Of a stretch of DNA of 64,000 bases, positions 50,001-62,000 are shown piece after piece. The notes under the pieces are model-generated. The model was given only the letters and a program-made list of their open reading frames with translations, was not told the DNA's origin and did not search any database. Every line of letters starts with the position of its first letter. Position 1 is the first letter of the stretch. This DNA comes from Mytilus californianus (lineage: Eukaryota), in assembly GCF_021869535.1 (NCBI RefSeq), contig NW_026262690.1:80972001-81036000 (forward strand). The letters run 5' to 3'. Made by a program: the position numbers and the translations under genes.

Positions 50001-53000
50001 CGCCGGACGACGACGACGACGACGACGACGACGCCAACGTCATACCAATATACGACCACAAAATTTTTTTGCGGTCGTATAAAAACCATTTTTCAAAAGG
50101 AAAATTGTAGAATTTGTGGACTTGTGTGAATAAAACCCCAAAACTCAGAAACGGTAAATCTGAAATTTATAAAAAACGAAAGGGAGCTCATGTCAATAGA
50201 TATAAACAATTCACCAAAGTTTCTTGCATATTGATTAAAGCTTTTTTGAGTTAATGTCCGACATGTTGACGACGGACGGACAGACAGACAGACGGTCAAC
50301 GGTATACCATAATACGTACCGTAAATGGGCATATAAAAAATCAATCTTTCTAAAACAAACAAAAAATTGTGAGTTCTGTTCTATTTGGAGAAGCTTGCAT
50401 TACTTAGTCACACAGCATATTGCCATGACAGCCAAATAATACATACAATATGATGAATGTGTTTGAAATAGAATGTAAAAAAAAAATAAATGGGGAATGT
50501 GTCCATGGGTCACAGATGATGCCCTCGCTTGCATATAACGTTATAAATGGACATAACTTAAGAACGGTAAAAGTGACACTACCCAAATTTGTACTTGATC
50601 TGAGTTTTGTTGTAATAAGCATTGTGTATAAATTTCATAATATTTGCTTGAGGCAAACTTAAGTTAGAAAACAATAAAATGCTCCGCTGGGCGCAGCTTG
50701 ATACGACCGCAGAGGTCGAACCCTGAACAGTTGGGGCAAGTATGGACACAACATTCAAGCTTGATACAGCACTGAATTTGGATTGTGATTAAATATTTGA
50801 CACAGCATAGGTTTCTGACACAGAATGAATGTCGTCTAAGAACTTAAAATTTTTTAATTTACCTATTCAAACCATATCATTATTATTTGCTTTTATATAT
50901 AAATCAGAAATAACCAATTTGAAATGGAAAATTTTAAAGAAAAAAAAAATCCCTCCCCCAAATTTTTTGAACCCCCTTATTATTCATCACCCCAAACTTA
51001 ATCCCAGCCTTCCCTTTGTGGAATGGTACCTTGCAGTACAATTTAAGAGAGATCCATACACTTGAACACAAGTTATTGTCTGGAAACTAGAAAAATGCTT
51101 GTTTTTAGGCCCCTTTTTGGCCCCAAATTCCTAAACGTATAGGGCAATTACCCCCAAACTCAAACCCAGCTTTCCCTTTGTGATATGGAACCTAGTAGTA
51201 CAATTTCAAAGAGATCCATACACTTACACACAAGTTATTGTCTGGAAACTAGAAAAATGCTTGTTTTTTGCCCCTAATTCCTAAAATTTTGAGGCAATTA
51301 CACCCAAAATCAATCCTAACATTCCCTTTGTGATATGGAACCTTGTGGTACAATGTCAGAGAGATCCATGTTGACGACAGACGGACGGACAGACAGACTG
51401 TCAACGGTATACCATAATACGTACCGTAAATGGGCATATAAAAAATCAATCTTTCTAAAACAAACAAAAAATTGTGAGTTCTGTTCTATTTGGAGAAGCT
51501 TGCATTACTTAGTCACACAGCATATTGCCATGACAGCCAAATAATACATACAATATGATGAATGTGTTTGAAATAGAATGTAAAAAAAAAATAAATGGGG
51601 AATGTGTCCATGGGACACAGATGATGCCCTCGCTTGCATATAACGTTATAAATGGACATAACTTAAGAACGGTAAAAGTGACACTACCCAAATTTGTACT
51701 TGATCTGAGTTTTGTTGTAATAAGCATTGTGTATAAATTTCATAATATTTGCTTGAGGCAAACTTAAGTTAGAAAACAATAAAATGCTCCGCTGGGCGCA
51801 GCTTGATACGACCGCAGAGGTCGAACCCTGAACAGTTGGGGCAAGTATGGACACAACATTCAAGCTTGATACAGCACTGAATTTGGATTGTGATTAAATA
51901 TTTGACACAGCATAGGTTTCTGACACAGAATGAATGTCGTCTTAAGAACTTAAAATTTTTTAATTTACCTATTCAAACCATATCATTATTATTTGCTTTT
52001 ATATATAAATCAGAAATAACCAATTTGAAATGGAAAATTTTAAAGAAAAAAAAAATCCCTCCCCCAAATTTTTTGAACCCCCTTATTATTCATCACCCCA
52101 AACTTAATCCCAGCCTTCCCTTTGTGGAATGGTACCTTGCAGTACAATTTAAGAGAGATCCATACACTTGAACACAAGTTATTGTCTGGAAACTAGAAAA
52201 ATGCTTGTTTTTAGGCCCCTTTTTGGCCCCAAATTCCTAAACGTATAGGGCAATTACCCCCAAATTCAAACCCAGCTTTCCCTTTGTGATATGGAACCTA
52301 GTAGTACAATTTCAAAGAGATCCATACACTTACACACAAGTTATTGTCTGGAAACTAGAAAAATGCTTGTTTTTTGCCCCTTTTTTTGCCCCTAATTCCT
52401 AAAATTTTGAGGCAATTACCCCAAAAATCAATCCTAACATTCCCTTTGTGATATGGAACCTTGTGGTACAATGTCAGAGAGATCCATGTTGACGACGGAC
52501 GGACGGAAAGACAGACTGTCAACGGTATACCATAATACATCCCGTAAATGGGCATATAAAAAATCAATCTTTCTTAAACAAACAAAAAATTGTGAGTTCT
52601 GTTCTATTTGGAGAAGCTTGCATTACTTAGTCACACAGCATATTGCCATGTCAGCCAAATTTCACTAACACACAAGTTATGTCTGGGAGTTACAAAAATG
52701 CTTATTTTTTGGCCCCTAATTCCTTAACTGTTGGTACCATAACCCCCAAAATCAATCCCAACCTTCCTTTTGTGGTATTGAACCTCATGGTAAAATTTCA
52801 TAGAGATCCATTCACTTAAACTAAAGTTAGAGTGCGAAAACCATTGTGTCTTTCGGACGACGACGATGCCAACGTCATACCAATATACGACCGCAAAAAA
52901 AAAAACCGAAAAATTGCTGAAAAATTCAGCAATTTTTCCATTTGTAAAGGGGCTTAACTCAATAACAGTAAAAGTGAAGCCACCAAAATTCAAACTTGAT

Positions 53001-56000
53001 CTGTGTTTTGTGGTAACTAGATATCATTGAGATGGGAGTCATCTCTGTGGGCCCCGCTGTGAATAATGTGTGGTAAAAAATTTGTATCTTTATCATTGGA
53101 CATGGGGTTGTCAACTGAAACCAAAGTTTTTTACCTTGACCTTTGACCTAGGAAGTTGTACATACATTATGACACACCCTCTGGTGTTGGATTATATACA
53201 TGTCAAGTATAAATTTTGAAATCATAACGGTTCTCAAGATATAGAGCAGACACAATCTTTACCATAGGACATGGGGTTGTCAACTAAAACCAAAGTTTTT
53301 GACCTTGACCTTTGACCTAGGAAGTTGTACATACATTATGACACACCCTCTTGTGTTGGTTAATATACATATCAAGTATAAACCTTGAAATCATAACGGT
53401 TCTCTAGATATAGAGCGGACACAATTTGTTACAGACAGACGGACGGACTGACTGATCACTATAGGGCGTCCGCCATTTGGCAGGGCCCTAAAAAGCATTG
53501 CACATAAGTTTCATAACATTTATTTGAGGCAAACTAAAGTTAGAGAACGGAAACGAAAAATTCAGCAATTTTTCCATTTTAAAAGGGACATAACTCTAGA
53601 ATGGTAAAAGTGACACTACCCAAAATTCAAACTTGATCTGTGTTTTGTGGTAATAAGCATTGTGTTTAAGTTTCATAGCATTTGGTTGAAGCAAACTAAA
53701 GTTAGAGAACGGAAACATAAATTTCAGCAATTTTTTCCATTTGTAAAGGGGCACAACTCTAGAATGGTATAAGGGAGGCTACCCAAATTCAAACTTGATC
53801 TGTGTTGTGTGGTAATAAGCATTGTGTTTAAGTTTCATAACATTTGGTTGAAGCAAACTAAAGTTAGAGAACAGAAACGAAAATTTCAGCAATTTTTCTA
53901 TTTGTAAAGGAGCATAACTCTAGAACAGTAAAAGTGACGCCACCAAAATTCAAACTTGATCTGTGTTATGTGGTAATAAGCATTGTGTATAAGTTTCATA
54001 ACATTTGGTTGAGGCAAACTAAAGTTAGAGAACGGAAACCAATTTTGGGACGTACAAACGTTCGTACAGATGGACAAGGATAAAACTTAATGCCCCCTCC
54101 GCTAAGGCGGGGGCATAAATATGGTTTCTCTGTTTGACACAATAGTTAAGCACTTTAGATAGCTATAAATCAAAGATTTCTGAAATGAAGCCCTACAAAA
54201 TGCTGAGCATGAAGATTTTAATTTGAACTGTATATCAATATTTCAGTTATAATTGAAAAAGGAAAGAAAACTATTCACAACTTTTTTTAGACTGGGTGAT
54301 GTAGAGCTCGACATATTAGTACAAACATATTTTTATTGTTAAAAACCCAATATTGTCCTGTAAATATGTATAAAAGTAGATATGGGATATGTGTCATTGA
54401 GACAGTAACCCAAAAACAAAAGCTCTAAATCATAGAGACTATAAAAATTTAGAACAAATTAAAAAGAAACAATCTTTCATTTGCAATCAGCACAAAATTC
54501 TCTGATAACCAAAATAAACAAAACAAATTTCTTCAGTTTTATAGTGTTGTTTCTTTGATGTCTCATTGATGTATACCCTACATCTCCTGTTGTTTTATAC
54601 ATAATAAGAAAAAGTGCAATAACAACATATACTGTTTTAAGTACATACCTGTCTCTAGTGGTATATCTTTATCAGATTCTTCTGATTTGTCTTCATCTGG
54701 CTGTTCAACCACTGGTTTAGGTGGGGCTGGAGTGTTTACTGTAAAGAAACAATGCACTGAATGATAAAAAGTTTTAAACTTATACTCTGACTTATAAAAC
54801 ATATTTTGTACAACAAATACTACTAAAAAAACTTTTAACTAGACTATTCTCTTTGTCGATGTAATGACTTAAAGGTCAAATGCAACAGTTCCATGTGTAA
54901 AGTTTTAAAAAAAATTACACTTGTTAAAAAGTTAAGATAAGTTGATTTCAACTGAACAATTAAGAGTACCAGTAAGATTTTACCATCTTTTTCAAAATAT
55001 TTTTTGGTTATTCATTGTAAAGTATTTTAAAAAAGACTATTAGAATTGCAATATTTTGAATGGAAATAAACTTTCATTCATACATGTAATAGAAAAAACA
55101 CACTACTGAATCTAGATGCCTTAAAGTAATTGTGGACATGTTTAGTTCAAACTGGTCTGGTGTTTTCACTAGATATATTTTAATTGATTGTTGGTGTTAA
55201 AACATCAGATTCAACAAACATGGCTATATCATGGCATCAAGTTTTTAATGGTGGAGGATGCCAGAGTATACTGCCGTACGGTGACCTATAGTTGTTAATT
55301 TCTGTGTCATTTGGTCTCTTGTGGAGAGTTGTCTCATTGGCAATCATACCACATCTTCTTTTTTATATATATGAGTCAAGTAAGATTGGTTTGCCAAGAG
55401 AGGAGTTAGAACTTACAACCTTAGTTGATAGGCTGGTGATCAGGGAAGATGAAATACTCAGACCACTCAGGTCACCTAGGACTTTTTTTTATTGAAAAAG
55501 TGAATGAACATTCATATAACAGATATTAACTTTTTAACATGTATAAATCAAGATATATATTTTTCTTGAAAAGGTTTGAATTTTACAGGTAAATAGAATT
55601 ACAAGTGACTAGCAATATAGATTATCAGAGCATTACCTATTATATGGCTAACAGGTGTCAAAAGTTTAATTACTATAACAACTGTCCCCTAATAAATGTT
55701 GACATAACAGGAAAAAAGTCATAAAAGTGATTTCTAAAGATTGTTTTAAACAATGAATTAATTCCTGGCTATTCAACAGCATGATAAAATTGTTCTAAAT
55801 GCAGGAAATGTTTTTTTTTAATAAATATATAACATATATATATATAAAACAATTTTTTTAATTTTTTTAATTGCATCTTTCAAAATAACTGTTAAGAAAA
55901 CCAGATGTTATATAGTCTCTCTTAAGTGACTGACTTCATGGTGTTAATGACTATATCTGTTGTATGATTAAATTAATATTTGATAAATCTTCATTAAACC

Positions 56001-59000
56001 ATGTTCATGAACTAATTAATTGTGACTTTTTGTCCTATTACAATGTAGTAAATAAGTGACTTTCTGCCTTGTGACTATATCTATCCATTTACCAAGTAAT
56101 TCACTAATTGACCTGAGGTAGGGACTAGTTTTATAGTAAAGTCCTATCAAAATTTCAATTGCCCAGTATTTGCCAGTATTGACCAGTATTTGCCAGTATT
56201 TCCCGGTATTAACCGCCGGCATGGTCAATACTAGTATTGACCGCTTTTTTGCCAACCTTGATATTAAGTGACTGTCACAGCTCACAATGGCTCGTGTGAC
56301 CAGGAGAGCTTCAATAATTTATTATACATGTATTATAATTACATGTGTATGAATCCATACAAACCTTTGTCTTCATGATTTTCATCTTTGTCATTTGACT
56401 GTTTATCTGCAAAAATGATAAAACAATTATACAATCACTTCCTTTAAAGTTACAATTAATTCAATAAATGTTTTATAATGGAAATAGACTCATATAAATT
56501 GACTTCTAATTAATAATTTGCACATTTACTTCTTAATCAAATAATTACAACTGTAGAACTGCATATATTTTACTATCAACAAAATTACTAATTTAGCCTG
56601 TTAGAACAGTACAAAGGTGGGATAATGTTTGGAAGTCACTGATTAATATACATAGCATATCCAACAATATGTGCAACATTTAAAATCATCCCACTCAAAC
56701 ATGTGTAGTAAACTGTTTGTGTTTGAACAAAATTTTCTGCAAGTTAGATACTAACAGAGAAATATTAAATACTTTCCATACATATTTCAAGATATTCAAT
56801 GCATGTGTAACACACTATGGTAATTTCAAATCGTTTTTTCAGTTCCAATTTTTTGTGTCATCTTATCAGCATTAATAACCAGCCAAATTCAATCACATTT
56901 AAACATTAAAATAACATTACAATTTACTGGCAATCAACATTTACTGTTAAAATAATCCAATGGTGTAATGGTATTTAGTAACCTGTGCAGAGATGTGTTG
57001 TAATCTACAGTGATTTTTGTTAAAAGAACCATTAGAATATCTAAAGTTCAGAATTCAGAATCTCATGAAAGCTGGGTAATATTTTTAAAAGCAAATCATA
57101 GAACACAAAGATGTCAGAATTATGATTAACTCTAGAGCAATCGATATTTAATGAATGGCCTGAAGTTATTTATGTGTTGGTGTACATGTACACACAATTT
57201 TACTTTATTACCCATATCTCTACAGATTATGAAACAGTGAATTAAGAAGAATTATTGTAGTTCAGAATGTGAATGTTATCTTATTGAAGTAGAACATTTT
57301 ATTATACCGCACGAATGCGGCCATAGTATACCCTTATGTTTATGATGTTTTGTCTTTCCAGAACCTGAAATTCAAAGACATTTATACCTATTTAAAATAA
57401 AATTGAATTGCAAAGAATTAATAATAATACCAGCTTAAAATATGCTAAAAATAACATCTGAAAATAAAAAATCTGTTACTTTAAACTACTGCAACTATTT
57501 TATGATACAATATATGCAGTTTGTAATCCTAACACATACAACAATAAAGATCTGCGCCATGAGCACATGATACGCCTGTCGCATATCAAAGAATAAACTT
57601 CCATAACTTCTCAATGTCATATCAGAAATTTATAAAAAACTAAAGGGAGGTTATTTTAATAGAATTAAACCAGTCACCAAAGCTTCATAAAAAATGCTCA
57701 AAGCACTTTGAGTTATTGTACAAAAACTGGAAAATCCCCCCTTTTTTATTAATAAAATCCCATAACTCTGAACCGTAAAATCTAAAATTTATGAAAATCA
57801 AAAGGGTGCTTACATCAATAGATATAAACAATCCACCAAAGTTTCACGAAAACTACTCAAAGTATTTTTGAGTTATTGTTTGAAAAACTGGGAAACCTCC
57901 CTTTTTTAATGAATAAAACCTCATGACTAGGAAACATAAAATCTAAAATTTATAAAAATTGAAAGGGAGCTCACAGCAATAGATATAAACAATTCACTAA
58001 AGTTTCATGAAAATTGGTTCAAGCGTTTTTGAGTTATTGTCCGAAAACTAGAAAATCCCCTTTTTTAATGAATAAAACCCCATAACTCAGAAACGTAAAA
58101 TCTAAAATTTATAAAAATCGAAAGGGAGCTCATGTCAATACATATAAACAATTCACCAAAGTTTCATGCAAATAGTTCAAAGCGTTTTTGAGTTATTGTC
58201 CGACATGTTGACGACAGACAGACGGACAGACAACAGTATACCATTATACGTCCTGTAAACGGGCGTGTAAAAATCATATAAGTGTTGACCAATTTCTTGC
58301 AAATGTTCAATTCTTGTTTAATCTTATGAAACACTGTTTTAAAAAATTTCAGTGGTTGAAACCAAAATTTCTCGTGGAACTTGGGTAAAACTTTGGTAAA
58401 GTTAACTAAATCAAGCTGTACCACTCGAGTTATTTTGATTTGAATTATTCAGTATCAAATGTTTAAATAGCTATTTGTAAAATTATAGTTGGTCGACTGA
58501 CTAGATGCAAATAAAAATTATTTAACACTTATATGAGTATTGGTGTATGAAGACAATTCAAGTGTGAACATCAACACAAACAAAACACACACACATACAC
58601 AACACAAAGAAACCAAGGTATTTAGGTAAATAAATGTAAAAAGGTAGAAGTAACTCTAAAAATCATTATCAGTGAAGAAAAAAAGACAAGCAAATTTTCC
58701 TGCTTTAAGTCTAACTTTTTTGCCCTTTGGATTCTTCACTGTTAGGAAAACATCTGCAAACTTTTGAACTTTCCTACAGTAGAGCTTATTTATTTTGAAA
58801 TTAACAAGAAAGTGTGCACGGAATGTTAGGAGGTTATGAATCAAGCCTGATCTTCTATACAACTGGAAGAAACACTACTTTAAGGAAGTCAAACAAAGTG
58901 TATACCATCAAAGAAAGAAAAAGACTGATATAGGTAAAAACAAAAACAACAACAAAATAAAGAGATGCTTAACAGCTAAAACAGGTGAAAATAAAATTAT

Positions 59001-62000
59001 ATGCATACTGCAATGTACAACATCCAGGCAACATTTTGGTGCTGTTTGACAGTTTTACGACATCTATGTGCTAAGGTACAACATTGAACTACCTGGTGCA
59101 AATATATTCTCATAGTAATCCTTGCCTGGTCTATGATTCTGTTGTTGGCGGTATTCAGAATAATCAGAGCCATCATCATAATACTCTGGCCAATTATTGT
59201 ATCTCGTGTTGTCATCATAATCTGAATATTTTCCTTTCTGTCTAAATCTGTATGGATATCTATTACGAAAATTTTCATTTCCGGAGTTATCTACCTTAGT
59301 TTTGTAATGCTTGTCGTCATGGGAAACTGGGGGATTCCTGTTGTTATGTGATTCCTTGTAATTCCTGTTGTCTTCTGAGTCTTTGTAATGTTTGTTGTTG
59401 TCATCTGAATCCTCAAAATGTTTGTTGTTACCTGAATCTTCAAAATGTTTGTTATTACCTGAATCTTCAAAATGTTTGTTATCATCTGAATTTTGGTAAG
59501 GCCTGTTGTCATCTGAACCCTTAAAATGTTGTTGACCATTTTGAGATTTATGTCTATTAGATTTCTGTTGTTTTTGCTGACGATTATTTTTATAATAGCT
59601 ATCATCATTTCCTGACCAACCTGGATAATAGTTTTCATCAATGTATGCATTGTTTTCATTCATGGCTGATTTTCTAGTTGTCATGACAACAGGTGGAGCA
59701 GAAGTTGTTGTTGTCGTGGTTGTTGTAGTAGTAGTAGTAGAGGGATGTGTTGTTTTAATAGTTGTAGTTGGCTGAGGTACAGGCTGTTTATTTACATTTG
59801 TCTTATTATTTCTCCTACCTTCATGTGGCAGTCTAGGGTATCCATTTGGAGGGAGATTGTTATATTTAGGATATACATTCAGATCACCATACAAAGGTTT
59901 GACAGAGTCTGGATAATTTTGATTCATATCATTCCCGGCATTTTTATCATATTCTTGGTTCAAAGGATATTTCTGCAAAGGCACATTTTGGTTTGGTCCA
60001 TATGCACCGTAAAATTTTGAATTGACATTTGAATTATCACTCTTTAGTCCAGGATTGAATGGGTTGTTGTATTTCTGTCCTCCATATCCAAGAGGATTTA
60101 AATATCCTTGACCTAATTGCTGACCTTGGAATTGTGGGTAATCTGAGTAGGGTGACTGGTACTGTTGTGGGTTATTTAACAATCCCTGCTGTTGTGGCCA
60201 ATAGAAATCCTGCATTTGTTGGGGCAGCAAGGGGTTATTGTTTCCATACAAGTTTGGATTAACAAATCCAGTTTTATCTGGTACCGGTCCATAAAACTGG
60301 TTCCCAGAAACTTTATCACTGTTTGTCAGTAATGGTGACTGGTTCTTAGGCACAGGATTTTGTATGGCTTTACTTGCTACTCTATTAGAAAGGCTAGGTA
60401 AATCCCTATTTTCTGCAATTGTCCTTTGATTTCCTTTCACTTCAGTTTTACTTCCTACATTTTCTAATGAATTCAAATTAAGTTACAGTTAAAGATATTA
60501 TGATGTGAACAACTTTCAGCACACAATGAAAATGAATAATATTATGTGTAATACATCTTTGATGCAAAATAACACAATTTATTAGTAATCTGTTAACAGT
60601 TTTCTCTACTGGTAGATATCTGAACCATATACCTTTAGTGCAATATTACGAAATGCTGATTTTCAGAACCTTTGCATGCCATAGAATCATGAAAAGGATT
60701 AAATTTACAAAATAATCATATGTACACAGGAAGGTGAATACACTTGTAACTTTTGGCCAAACCATTAAAAAAGACAAAGAATTCCACAGTATTCTATAAC
60801 ATGTATAATATAGTTTACCATCTATTAAACATTGTTTTTTTTGCATTTCTTGTTTGACCTTAGACTTATTTCCGATGAGAGATTGCAAGTATAGAAAAGA
60901 CAAAAAGTCTATCAGTTAAATTGAATAAGTCTAATATAACAGCTTTTCACTTATTTTGTTTTGAACAGATGACTTTAATTGTGAATAAATGCAATGATAG
61001 TTATTCTTTAAAACATGGATTTGTCATAGCAAAAACTACTGCCATTAGCAGACTGATCACTTACAATATAATTATCTATATACATATAGTCATGAGAGAT
61101 AATGGACTATGCAGAAGTATTAAACCTACCTTTAGATTTTTAGGACAGTTTGCTCCATCACAGCCATCAACACACTTACAATATACTTATCGATATAGTC
61201 ATGAGAGATAATTGACTAAAAGGGGAAGTAACCAACCTTAGGACAATTTTCTTCATTACTGCCATCAGCATACCAATCACTAACAATATACTTATCAGTA
61301 GTCACGAAAGATAATTATTTATAAGGGGAGGTAACCTACCTTCATATTTTTTAGGGCACTTCTCTTCATCACTACCATCAGCACATTGTGGAACTCCATC
61401 ACATCTATGTTTACTATCTATACAATCAGGTACATCAATATTTTGTCCTTTATTTTTACATTGAAATTCTTCATCACTACAAACTTCTCCTGAAATAAAT
61501 GTCCTCATGGTTAAAATTTAATATTGATAAAAAATATCTGGTGTGTCTAATACTATGAACAACAGTGGTCTCATCAGCATTTTCAAAAAACACAATGTGA
61601 TTTGTAATAACATTGAGATAGCACCATGGTGCTTAAAGGTCATGGAGGCAGAATGTACAAATGTAACTCAACATGTCACACAAAAATCAGAGTTATTTTA
61701 ATATAATTTTTAATCCACAGGCGTATATACATATTAATGTATATATGCATCATGTGATACAGCAAAAGTCTGTCAAACAGTCCAATAAAATTTGTTGTTT
61801 AATTATAGTATCATCTGTGCAGACATTTTGAAAATGAAATCCTGTTCTAGTACACGAATAGACATTCTGCATTTAAACTGGCACACTGTTCACACACATA
61901 TTGTAACCTAAATGTTAAAAACATCTTACATGTGTGTGTTGTCTGTGTTTGTTTGGTGTCATATACCAAGTTTTGAATTCAAGAAAAATATTGCACAATA

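Noticed and set aside
47328-52993. Many 70-107-aa ORFs, some nearly identical to each other
   Set aside because: They arise from satellite monomers and the 1.1-kb duplication; no coding signature or splice support
55380-55480. tRNA-like A/B boxes
   Set aside because: No cloverleaf can be formed; interpreted as a decayed SINE head, not a tRNA gene
58997-60262. Overlapping alternative-frame and antisense ORFs (93, 122, 91, 67 aa)
   Set aside because: By-products of the low-complexity LRP11 exon
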